Assembly: GCF_041956535.1 (NCBI RefSeq)
Contig: NW_027192210.1
Span: 380,021-444,020, forward strand
Reading direction: 5' to 3'
Length of the DNA: 64,000 nucleotides
From: Calcarisporiella thermophila CBS 279.70
Lineage: Eukaryota; Fungi; Calcarisporiellomycota
Shown: positions 24,102-36,105 of the stretch, piece by piece
Layout: each line of letters opens with the position of its first letter
How positions within the stretch are numbered: position 1 is the stretch's first letter
Notes under the pieces: model-generated
What the model saw: the letters and a program-made list of their open reading frames with translations, nothing else
Told to the model about the DNA's origin: nothing
Databases searched by the model: none
Position numbers and translations under genes: made by a program

Positions 24102-26212
24102 CTAGAACTCGAATTCGCCTTTGAATTGACCAAGATCAGCACCAGAAACAGCTGCATCCGCCAAGTCTTTACGATTCTAGTAGTTATTAAGATGGATTAT
24201 CAGTAAAGAATGCCATCCTCTCTAAATTGCTTCCCATAGCTTACCATCATCAAAAATGCCTTTCGTAGAGTCTGCCACAAATTCTCACTGATATTCACTC
24301 CACGACCCCCGTGACTGCACTCAGTTTGATGCATACTTAATGCCGCGAGAAGGTGCTCAGCCGCTTCGTGGTAGCAGCCAATATTGATGCAACTGACACC
24401 CAAATTGTAACGTGCACGCACAAAAGTTGGCTTAATGTCAAGCGCCTTGTGGTACGCCTCAATTGCATCTTCACTCCGGCCACTGTTGGCGAGAGTTGCG
24501 CCCAGACGATTCCACAGTAAATAGTCCTAGAGAGTTTGGTGGTTCATTACACTATGTTATCATTTTGAAAATTTGAATTGCTAAGCGTTTCAATCCTTAC
24601 ATTTGGACGTCCACGTAGCGCAGCGACAAAACAGTCTACCGCTTTGTCGTAGTCAGCACTTCCATAGAAAAGAACTCCCAATCCGACTTGCACCTCGGGG
24701 TCCATCTGTTCACCTGATCGTGCCGCTTGCAAAAACATGTCCGTTACACGAGCATGAGTTTCGAAAGATGATGTAGGGGGTTGAACCGGCTCAGTTATTA
24801 AATGAGGATACTTTGCACGGAGCCAGCGTTCCAGTGTGAGATAGGCTCGGTGGTCGTATCCCTCATTCGTATAGCTCACGGCCAGAGTCTTAACATTAGA
24901 CATCAATATTTGTATTCCAATAAATTAGAATAGTTCTGTCAATTACCATCAGAGCTGTGGTGTTATTCTCGTCCTCCTGCACTGCTCGCTCTAGCGCTCT
25001 AATCGCGGGAATTTCTTTTTCATTTTGGGCTTGAGCATTACCCAACCATCCCCACGCTTCAGCATTGTGCATGTCCCGTTGCACTGCAGCTTCAAACGCC
25101 ATTGCCGCTTCTGAAAGTGACCCTCCATTCGCCTCCATCAACTTAAGTCCCTCGCTGAAAGGATCAGGATGGTTCAAGTATGGGTTATCTTGCTCGAACT
25201 CATATTCACCCACTGCGGGCCCCTCCAGAGATGCTTCGTTTGATAAGCGCGCAAATTCTTCGCCCCATTTTTTCGGGTCGAGCCATTCGTCCTCAGATTC
25301 GTCACCTTGGATGTTTTGCCATACGGACTCAAAGTTATCGAGGAATTTTTTATCTTCCTCAGCTGCTGCTTCATCAATCTTTTTCGCTATCGCGTCTTCA
25401 TCGAGATCTCCACGCTCAGCAGCAGCAAACTGATCTTCCCAAGCATCCTCTCTTAATTTCCCCTTATCTTTCGCGAGAGCATATTCCTGTGCCCAGTCGA
25501 AATGTTTTTGGAATGCTTCTTCGAATTCTTGTGGCAATGGCCCAGTGTGATCCACCGTGTGGTTAGCAAATTCTTCCCTCCACGCGTCTATATTTTAGCA
25601 ACCAAAATATCTACATATTAAAAAGATTGATTCCAAAAATGATAAAATGGTGGCAACTTACGCGGTTGAGCTTCGTATCTTTTGAAAGCCTCCTCCATTT
25701 CGGCATGGCCTCCCGGTCCAAGCTCCCATACGGGCATTTGATGCGTCGAAAATTCATCTGCCCAGCCACCGGGTCTATGAATAAGCGCAGATTCACGCTC
25801 TTCCAACCGGACAGCATCCAGTTGATCACGAATTTCATTAAAACGAAAAGAATCAACAGGACCCTGGTGTTCCAAAAATTCGTTAACAAACTCCTTATCT
25901 CGGTCTATTTGTACGGACGGTGCACCAGTACGGATCTTTTTGGGTGCACGAAGAATTGTTAGCTTCTATACTTTATCGCATAAGCAATATGCTACTTACT
26001 GTAGTGGGCCCACGCTGTGATGGTCCAGCCAAATATCTCTCCTATAATTTTATGTAAAAATTATGAAATTAAAGGATAAATATCTAGGCGTTATCAAGAA
26101 TTTGTTTTACTCGTTGTAAGGACTTGTCGTCGTTAAATTGCTTGGTAAGTTGAAGGAGAGGATTAGAGCCAGAGCACTCGGGTCCGCCGTTAACAAGATT
26201 TTGGAAAGACAT
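24102..26212 (-). CDS. PEX5: PTS1 receptor peroxin-5
   Basis: N-terminal conserved Cys (GPECSGSNPL), WxxxF/Y motifs (WADEF, WAQEY, WEDQF, WGEEF), TPR repeats (AFEAAVQRDMHNAEAWGWLGNAQAQNEKE; LWNRLGATLANSGRSEDAI; RARYNLGVSCINIG). Confidence 0.95.
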
Positions 26213-26524
26213 TTCTTAAAGAATTAAGAAGTTATAGGCTTAATAAGAAGTATTATTCCGGTTAAATAAATCAGACTCAAAAGAATATATTTGTAACGGT
26301 TAAATACAGAAATGAGCTCAGGATCTAGATCAAGAAATAAAAAAATATGAAAAAGTAGTCTTTTCACATGGCTCGGTTTATAGTATTAGATTATTTCAGC
26401 TATCCTAGCGATGGGATATTATCGAGGATATGCTAAACCACCAAAATATCTTAAGCAATTTTGGTTTCTTCTAATCTCGACTTCGATACATCACAAAATC
26501 CGTCATTCTTTCATCATCTCAATC

Positions 26525-29219
26525 ATGACAACTCGATCGAGATTTTTTTCAACTGCGAAAAAAGGTAATATACCTGTTGTTAATTTTCTCACATCATTTT
26601 TTAATTGGATCATTGGAAATATTCTATCTCTAAAGGTGAAAATTATGAGTTAAAGGCCGATTTAAATAGCGAATACCGTGACCGACGCAAGGACGCGGTC
26701 AAACGTGTTATCGCAAATATGACGGTTGGAAAGGATGTGAGCGGCTTGTTCCCAGATGTATTAAAGAACATGCAAACAGAGGATCTTGAACTCAAGAAGC
26801 TTGTTTACCTCTATCTGATGAATTACGCAAAGACACAACCTGAGCTGGTTATTTTAGCAGTGAACACATTCGTAAAGGTAAAATTTGATTGAACTGGTTT
26901 CAATTAATGAAAATCTCTGGAGATATCGCGTTAATTCACTAAATCCCAACAATTTTATATTTAGGATACGGACGATTCTAATCCATTGATTCGAGCACTA
27001 GCAATTCGCACGATGGGCTGCATCCGAGTAGACAAAATTATAGATTATCTTTGTGATCCACTGCGCAAATGCTTGAAGGTTTATACTTTGCTACGAAATT
27101 CATGTTCTCTCTCCTTATTTCTAAAATTCTCTATTATCCAGGATGATGATCCGTATGTTCGTAAAACCGCTGCTATCTGCGTTGCAAAATTATACGACCT
27201 TGATCCACAGCTTGCAATCGAGAATGGATTTGTGACAATGGTACAGGATATGGTGTCAGATATTAACCCGACTGTAGTTGCAAATGCGGTTGTAGCACTT
27301 ATGGAAATCGATGAGTCGACTCCAGATCGAAAATCTTTTGTAATTAACCAAACAATACTCAACAAATTGCTGGTTGCACTCAACGAGTGTACAGAGTAAG
27401 CTTCAGAATTATTTTTTACTCAATATATTTACTTCAATACTATTGATATTGATACTTAATAGATGGGGACAGATTGCAATATTGACGGCGCTAAGTGAAT
27501 ATAAACCAGTAGATGCAAAAGAGGCAGAATATGTGTGCGAACGCGTACTACCGCGCCTCTCCCATGCAAATGGAAGTGTGGTATTGACGGCTATAAGGGT
27601 ACTGATTAAGATATTCTTACTATATTTTATCTCTCCCAACTCAACTATTGTATTTATAGATTCTTCTTATTTACATGCGATCCATACACAACGATGATTT
27701 TTCCAAGCAATTAATTCGAAAAATGACTCCACCTCTTGGTACGCAAGATATCATTTTATTATTTTTATATTATGCACTTTTAACTTATTGTTAACACACC
27801 TAATTAATACAGTCACTCTACTTTCCTCTGCACCTGAGTTCCAATATATTGCCCTCAGAAACATAAAAATAATTCTTCAGAAGCGACCTGAGCTACTTAG
27901 TAACGAGATGCGTATATTTTTCTGCAAATACAACGATCCTCCGTACGTGAAGAGTGAGAAACTTGATATTATGGTTAAATTATGTAATGAACGTAATGTG
28001 GATCAGGTGCTATCCGAGCTGAAAGAGTAAGAATCTTGCTATATTATTTTATTGTACCCTAGCTAAATGCTTATTACTCTAGGTATGCAAATGAGGTTGA
28101 TGTTGATTTCGTGCGTAAATCAGTACGTACCATTGGCCGATGTGCGATTAAAATAGAAGAAGCTTCAGAACGATGTGTAAATGTGTTATTGGATCTAGTC
28201 AACACCAAAGTGAACCATGTAGTTCAAGAAGCTATAATCGTTATCAAAGTAAACATAGAGAATCAAGTGTTTAAGTTAGCATTAATTAATATCGATATTT
28301 TTATTCTCCCAAAAGGATATCTTCCGGAAATACCCCCAACGATATGAGGGCATCATTGTTACACTCTGCGAGAATCTCGAAATGCTTGACGAGCCCGAGG
28401 CTAAGGCTGCTCTCATCTGGATTGTGGGAGAGTATGGAGAGCGAATTGAAAATGGAAATGAACTTTTAGAGTACTTCCTGGAGGGATTCAAGGATGAGAG
28501 TCTTATAGTGCAACTTCAGCTGCTGACGGCAACAGTAAAACTATTCTTAAAACAGCCGCAACACTCACAAGATTTGGTGCAGAACGTATTGCAAATTGCA
28601 TCGACGGAGTGCGACAACGCAGACTTGAGGGATCGAGCATATATATATTGGCGCCTATTATCAACCGATCCTCAGGCTGCTAAGGTAAAGCCACTATTTA
28701 GTTTTAAAACATGCAATTTTTTAATGCAATTGAAAATAGGCAATTATCCTCTCGGAGAGACAACCTCCTTCTCTTGAGGATACTACACTTACTGGTGGAC
28801 TTCTCGAAGAGCTTGTCGATAACATAGCTACTCTGGCTTCTGTCTATCACCGGCCACCAGAAACATTCCTTGGCAGCCAGCGGTATGGTGCTGATAATAT
28901 TCAAAAGAAATCCATTGACCAAATTCATCGCGAGGAGGAGGAGAGAGCGACTATACCCGCTGCCGCTCAAATAATTAAAGGTGGGGTTGAGGATTTATTA
29001 GGTTTAGATTTTAGCCCCGCTGGTGGAATGGAACCTACTTCACCTTCGACTGCAACCTCAACACCAAAGTTGCATGAACTTCTGGACATTTTTGGAGGTC
29101 CAACCGACTCTCTATCCTCATCGATGCAACAGCAGATGCAGGGCGATGAGAATGGGTCACAAAATCGAGGGTTAAACATTAGTGGAGAAGGAAAAGAGAT
29201 ACAGGATTTATTGTTTTGA
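26525..29219 (+). CDS. APL2: Clathrin adaptor beta subunit, most likely AP-1 beta (earless fungal type)
   Basis: [14 protein letters not shown]...[47 protein letters not shown]; no ear domain, but tail motifs resembling clathrin boxes (LLGLD, LLDIF, DLLF). Confidence 0.88.
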
Positions 29220-29844
29220 ATATTTTTATACATTATATAACGAGGGATTTTACTGTTGATGGTTTTTCTTGTTCAATTTACATATTAACACTTGCTATTC
29301 TTTCATTTTTTTTTTTTCCTCGATGATGCCTGTAAAAGATGGGTATTGATTTAATTTTATTCTATTTTATTTTATTTTATTTTATCATTCTGATTTCATA
29401 AAAATTAAAATTGAAATTCAATTAGAAAATGTATAATTTGAAAACTCTGTGCTGAATTTCCAGACAAATCTGTAACGAAAGAAAAAAAAAGTTTAAATGG
29501 CGACGATCCCCGCAGAATCGAACGGTTATCTTTGGCATCCAACCTTCCCTTATTCCTCAATATTATAGTCTGATCTACAATATGACCAAACGAGCATGTT
29601 AAATGTAGAAATACACTCTGGATTATACGACCGGTCTTTCATTTATATTTTAATAAACTTCTTTACTTAAAAACCTTGAGAGCAAGCCTAAGAGCAAGAA
29701 AAGGTTTATGAATGTCATTACATTAATTCAAGTGGATGTCTGAATTATAATCTTTCATCATATATTTTCATAATATTGTATATACTGTGTAGATAGAAAG
29801 CCATTTATATAATTATTAGTCCTATTTGCTTATTCAACTGGATT

Positions 29845-31047
29845 ATGCTCTCCCGTATTCCTCTATTCTCCTACTATTATCCGCTTAATAACTCGTTAGC
29901 ATTTGCATCATTTTTTCGCGGTACCCCAAAAGTGGAGAGCCCGAGTACCCACTTGAAGAGGAGGGATCAAGAGAAACGTGAAGGGCAGCCGAATGATGCA
30001 GTGAAAGAGCCTGGTGCTGTAGCACCAAGCGGGAGTTCTCCATTATTAGCGCCTTCAGAAACTAATTCACTGCTATTGACTCCGCTGTCAAGTGTAAAAG
30101 AGCTTGAAAAAGACAAAGGACAAGAGATACCATCTCCGCCGATTTTGAGGAGCGAGATAACGGCAGCTGCTCTTACAGAACCACCACTAGTGGATTCAAC
30201 TACCGTAACAGAAGGCTCACCAACCGCCGATGCTTCTAGTTCAGCCCTATCAAATCCAGTAAATGGTGGAGAGCTAAGTGTTATTAAAATGCCAGAGTTC
30301 TCAGCCCTGCAACCCGCTACAGTCTCCTCTAACCCTTCTGCAACTCCTCAGCCCAACCCTGACCATCATAATAACAAGCATAGTCGGCCAACTGAAGACA
30401 ACCTTGATACTACCACCACTATTACCACCACTATATTTCCATCACCCACACTATATGTTTCTGAGTCCGAGGAAAGCTTGGCTACAGGCACCAGTGTTTT
30501 AACCACGGCCTCCATGGTCATGACCTCTATTTCTTCGAGTCCTAATGCACCACTTCTGTCTCCTTCGGAGCGAATGGATCTCCTTGCCCTTGTTATGCCG
30601 CTCGGAGCAGTTGCATGTATTTTCATCGTATGCATGATCATTTTGATCCGGAAACAGAGGCATCAGCTTGCTGCTGCGGCTGCAAAAAGAAAGCTCGAGA
30701 ATACTGAAGTTGGGGAAGAAATGCAAAAAAAGCAAGAAAATGGAAAGTTAAGCTGGTGGTGGTATGGAGTTGAAACAGTAACTTCTCCTCTGACAGCTCT
30801 ACGAGAAGCCAGAACTAAAGCGATCGACGAATCCGATACTACACCGATTGCAATTTCATACTCATCACTTCCTCTCTCTCATATTTCTATGTCATACCCT
30901 GTCACCTATGATGATACATTGCGAGTCGGAGAGTGGACCGAGGAGAGCAAGATGGAATCAAACATACAATTTCCGGCCGCCACCACGATGGATATAGGCA
31001 CGGAAAAAGATTCAATCGAATGGCGGAGAAGTTACTTAGGACCTTAA
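29845..31047 (+). CDS. Hypothetical single-pass membrane protein with Ser/Thr/Pro-rich ectodomain
   Basis: 400-codon ORF with S/T/P-rich region, TM helix LLALVMPLGAVACIFIVCMIILI and basic stop-transfer RKQR; the true 5' exon structure is uncertain. Confidence 0.65.
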   Translation: MLSRIPLFSYYYPLNNSLAFASFFRGTPKVESPSTHLKRRDQEKREGQPNDAVKEPGAVAPSGSSPLLAPSETNSLLLTPLSSVKELEKDKGQEIPSPPILRSEITAAALTEPPLVDSTTVTEGSPTADASSSALSNPVNGGELSVIKMPEFSALQPATVSSNPSATPQPNPDHHNNKHSRPTEDNLDTTTTITTTIFPSPTLYVSESEESLATGTSVLTTASMVMTSISSSPNAPLLSPSERMDLLALVMPLGAVACIFIVCMIILIRKQRHQLAAAAAKRKLENTEVGEEMQKKQENGKLSWWWYGVETVTSPLTALREARTKAIDESDTTPIAISYSSLPLSHISMSYPVTYDDTLRVGEWTEESKMESNIQFPAATTMDIGTEKDSIEWRRSYLGP

Positions 31048-31286
31048 ATAGATTATATAGCTAATTTGATATCACCTTTGCAAAGCGATATAATAAGTTT
31101 ATTAATTTTTATTCACAATAAACATTATCTCTCCAAAAATCTGTGAGCATACCCAAAATTTCTTTGTTATTTTTTACATCAAACCCACCTGTCCTGATGA
31201 GATAAATATAAAAATTTGTGAAGTATATAGAGAGAAAATAAATACATACAAAATTGGTCTAAGTCTAAAGTTAACATTCTCTTGGC

Positions 31287-33463
31287 CTATTCCCGTCCTG
31301 ATTGGCAACAAAATTCGATATCCACTACTTCCTTTGGTGCTGTTACACTCAGAATAATAGGATCCTCCTTCCCGACTAGAACGTTATCTTCAATTCTAAC
31401 CCCTATACCCTGATATTTCTTTGGATACGCATCGTCAAAAGGTATATAGAGCCCTGGTTCTATCGTAACCACCATCCCCTCGCGCAACCGTCGTACTCGA
31501 TCGATATCGTGAGTGTCGTGTACATCAAGGCCAAGATAGTGACCAATATGGTGTGGGTATAAACGTGTAGACAAATCCTTTATAATAAGTATATTAAGAA
31601 TTAAATTACCAATTCACTTTATGTACAATTCTTACACGTTCTGGTACTCTGATTCCGAGCTTCGACAGCTCTTCTCCCAGCATCCTCTCAGATTGTGCGT
31701 GTATTCCATTTAAAGAAATATTCTGTTTCTCTGTACACAACTAAGAAAAAAATTAGATTTTGAAATGTAAACAAATATCTATTTGAACCACATACTTTTA
31801 TACACTGCTTTTGCACATTCAATACAGCTTGGTATATTTCTCTTTGCGGGTCTGAAAAACGTCCATTAATAGGCCAGGTACGCGTAACGTCTGAAACATA
31901 ACCATTATATTCCTATTGCAATCAAGTATAAAAAACTTATATACGTGTATGAGAAAGTGCAAAATCGATCCATGTACATACCCCTCCGGCATCGACAAGC
32001 ACTAGATCCCCGTCTCTGGATAACAACAGAAAAAAAAAATTACAATTCGATCCAACTAGTGGTGCTTATAAGATACTCACTTCATTACCATATCATTGGT
32101 TACATAGTGTATAGTAAGTGCATTTTGTCCACTTGCAACGACTGGAACGTATGCGAGCATCTGTGCACCGCGAACTCGACACTCGAAATCAAGTTTTGCA
32201 TGAAGTTGATGCTCCGTCATACCAGGACGAGTAAATCTCATGCCCTAAATAGAAAATGAAATAATCAAGTTAACTAGAGTATATTATCCGGTCATGAAAT
32301 AGGAAAATACCTCTATAAAAGCTTTTGCTGTTATCTCTCCCGCTTGTCGCATCAGAACTGATTCTGTGCGACTTTTTATTAGCCGTAATTCCTGGATCAG
32401 CGGGCTTAGTGGGCGTATGCTCTTATCTAAAGCATCACGCAACGAGGGATTAGCTTTCTTATGAGAAGACAATTTTAACGTATACAGCAGAGAGCGTATT
32501 AATGATTCTCTACCATGCGCAGTAGAAACAGCACGGTGTGGGGTTGCCAGTGTTTCCAGTGAGAGAATGCTTGGCTCCGCAGGTGGTATATCGAGAAATA
32601 GCTGACGTGTTGTGTCTCTTGATAGCTGCTCTTCGATATATCGGTTGAACGATGCAGTATCATAAGCTTCATCTGCACCAAATTTTTCAATAGCGCCATC
32701 AATTCCAGTGCGTGCGCCTTCCCACATTTCGATATCACGGTGACGTGGAGGAACAAAGAGAATCATTTTGTAGCCACGAGAAGAGCTGTTCTTTTCAAGA
32801 ACAAGTGCTGAGTCAGGCTCGTTGAAACCTTGGATTAGACACGTAGAAAAATATATGTCTTGTCAGGAAGCAATACAAAATGAAAGTTACTTGGATCCAT
32901 ATATATTACCACATAGGTACCAAAAATCAGTGTTCTGGTGGAAAGGATAGCTAATTATGATGCAATCCAATATAATTATCGGTGAATGTTTAAATTTCCA
33001 AGGAAGCCTATACAGTGGAACCAAAAGTAAACACTCACAAAACATTATTCGACATATATCGTGTCCGATAACCAAGCGAAATCACCACACTATTCTCTGG
33101 GAGAAGGCTCATTAATTTTGAACGTCGCAACTCATATTCTATCGCAGGTATCCCAGGTGTTACTAAAATGGAATAAATATAAAAGAATAAATCACTACTG
33201 TATCAAATATAATAAAAGTTATTGCTTTAAATTTTACTCTCTCCCCTCTTCATCATATGTGGATGAGTTTCAGGTACAGGTTGTCCATATAATCTTTGCT
33301 TTCGTTCGCTCTTCCCGCTAGCTTTAGTAGATATTTTTCTTATTCCCGATAGCACATTTGAGCTTTGAGTGCAGGGTTGAACGAAAGATAGAAGTCGCAT
33401 GCCGCGAATGGGGTTAGTAGATCTTCCCACCCCAAATGTTACTCGACACATAAAGCGATACAT
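31287..33463 (-). CDS. ICP55: Mitochondrial Xaa-Pro aminopeptidase 3 / intermediate cleavage peptidase Icp55 (M24B)
   Basis: YGQPVPETHPH, YPFHQNTDFWYLCGFNEPD, LVLVDAGG...SDVTRTWP, YPHHIGHYLGLDVHD, VVTIEPGLY, GVRIEDNV; basic presequence; start approximate. Confidence 0.92.
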
Positions 33464-33616
33464 TTCTTTAACGGTTATAATTCTTACCACACTCCAGAAT
33501 TTGTAAAACCTCACACTCCAAAATAGAGTCAAAAGATGGAGAAGTGGCGCAGATTTTTATATTTTCGAATACACATTACTTTCAATTTTTATAAAAATCT
33601 CAATTCATCTAGAGAA

Positions 33617-34688
33617 ATGGCAAGCAAAAAAAGTAATGGTAAAGTCAAAATTCAATAACGAATAAGAATCTCAATCCCGTCTTATCAAACAACCGCATAA
33701 TTTAATAGAACCAGGTTTACCGGTTAAGATTTATCTTATCCTCTACAATGCCCTTAATTACTTCGGGTGGGCTTACGTGCTCTTCCTCACTGTGAAAAGC
33801 CTCGTTAATACTGGCGATTATACTAAGACTTACGATGCAATTGGCAAGCCACTACTGGTAGTCCAAAGTGTTATGGCGCTAGAAGTAAGTATCTAGTCGA
33901 GCAGTGATTATATTTATAATAGCACTCATTTTTTTTATGCTTTACCCTCTAGATTTTCCACTCTCTTTTTGGTATATATTTCCATATCTTTTACAATTTC
34001 AAAACTATGCATTAAGTATTTTATTGGCATAGGGTTGGTACGCAGTCCTGTCATGACTACAATAATTCAAGTGTTTTCGCGCCTCTTCCTTGTGTGGGCC
34101 GTGGTTGATCAATTCCCTTTTCCCGAGGTTTTTTTTCCCTTATTTTCTCGATTCACAGAGACAATAATATGACAAATATTTGTCTATTTGAAGATTCGTG
34201 AGCATTGGGCATATAGCACAATGGCGATAGCATGGGCGATTACCGAAGTAGTGCGCTATGCTTATTATGCTTTGGGCTTGATTGGAAGCCAACCAGGGTT
34301 TTTAGTATGGTGCCGGTAATATACCAAAGTTTTCTTTTATTTTCAATCATAATCGATTATTAATTTTCTCTTATCTTTAGTTACACCTTCTTCTATATTC
34401 TTTACCCACTTGGTGCGGGTAGTGAGGCAGCTCTTATAAAATTTTCGCTACCTTTTGCAAAATCAATTAGTCCCCTTTTGTATTACGGTTATATTTTGAT
34501 TTTGTTCACGTATATACCAGGTAAATTATCATTTTGCGCTGCATTGTGAATATTTAATACATGGTTGCTTGGGACTAATAGGTTTCTACACGATGTACTC
34601 GCACATGATCCGTCAGAGGAGGAAGTATGTAAAAGGTGGCAGCAAAGGTGCTACAGAAGCGAGCAGGAAGGCAAGGAAGATCGACTAA
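33617..34688 (+). CDS. PHS1: Very-long-chain 3-hydroxyacyl-CoA dehydratase (PTPLA/Phs1)
   Basis: YLILYNAL...GW, EIFHSLFGLVRSPVMTTIIQVFSR, AWAITEVVRYAYY, RYTFFYILYPLGAGSE, YSHMIRQRRK; ends in RKID. Confidence 0.92.
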
Positions 34689-34976
34689 GGATTAAGGACT
34701 TTTTTGGAGCGGCTTAAAATAATGCTTAGTAAATTAAGTGATATTCCCATTATTTTCTTATTAGCTCCTTTTAAGAGTGATTATTGGAAATAAATTTGAT
34801 TAACGGTTAAAGAATACAAAACTATAATAGCTGAAAAATATAAGCATTAATTCACAATAATATCAACTTTTGATTTGGCTGCGACTTTGTTATTACACAC
34901 TCTCATTGTTGTTGTCATTATCAATTAATTATTTTTTCGCGTCATCATGCTGAGCTTGCAAATCTTCACTTTTTCT

Positions 34977-35742
34977 TTATTTCTGCAGTTCCTCTAGCAG
35001 CTTGCTGTGTAAAAAAGAATTAAGAATAAATAGCCCGGAAGTACCACTAACCAAGCGATGGGCTGATAGCATCGGCTGATAGGATTCGGGCTGAATTATC
35101 CCACCGCGCACTAGCACGCTCCCGAATATGTCCTCCGGATCAGGAATCCGGCCAAACGGTGCTGGATTTCGTAGATCAGGGATATGTAACCAGCCCTCTT
35201 GCTGATATTTAGCCATAGATATTATTTCATCGCTTTGGTGCGCTTGCTTGGAAATTACATTGTGAAGTAGATCACGGAAAAGCTCATTCTCAAGAAATTT
35301 ATTGGGATTGAGACTTGGCGGAGTATCAGTTTTATCCCATTCACCCTTTCCTCCATTCACATTCAGCCAACCTATAATAGCCTTCTCTCGGTTTTTGCCA
35401 ATCTGTTGCGGCGAGAGAAAACTTAAGGCATAGTATCGTGAATAATCAGGGCCAGCCTTATGATTTGGAGGCCCATGGCATGGGTGATAATAGAGGGAAG
35501 AGTGACCTTTTGGAATAATTATTTCTTCAGCAATAAAGAAGGGATATACGCTAAAGATAGTCGAAAATACCTTGATAACCTGGTTGTATGCGTTTAAGCA
35601 GGTCATGGAAAGGTCGGGAAAATTAAAACTTAGCATATATTAAGTATTTACCTGGATCAACTAAAGATTTTGGGATGTTAATATATCGTGGCGACGATGT
35701 ACTGAAAGCTCTCCCTGACAAGCGGATATGTGTGAATCTCAT
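34977..35742 (-). CDS. Conserved hypothetical protein with a probable mitochondrial presequence
   Basis: First exon MRFTHIRLSGRAFSTSSPRY is presequence-like; conserved-looking block GWLHIPDLRNPAPFGRIPDPEDIFGSVLV. Confidence 0.65.
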
Positions 35743-36105
35743 TTTATTTTCCAATATTCCACCTCGACAACTCTTGCTTTAAAAATAATATATATTTAGA
35801 GTCGAGGGCAGTCACGCTATCTAAAGTAAAAAGTTTGCGGCCTTCTTCTTGAGTAGAATCAAAAAGCAGATCAATTAGGTCGATCCACTTTTCCCATCTA
35901 TTCCGGCGGATGCATCAGTGGAGTACGACTCTTAAAAATTTAGTGTAAAATGGCGGCTGACAAGGTGGGGGTTAACAACCCTCATGATCTACCGGTGATT
36001 AACTTTGTTATTGTCGATGAGTATTCTTGTTTTAACCATTAATTTCAAAATTCATTCTCGTAGTTCTTATACTCGATACCGCCACAACCTCATCCTGCTG
36101 CATCC

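Noticed and set aside
26401-26430. Imperfect inverted repeat TATCCT...AGGATA in the PEX5/AP-beta spacer
   Set aside because: Short and bulged; expected by chance in AT-rich DNA
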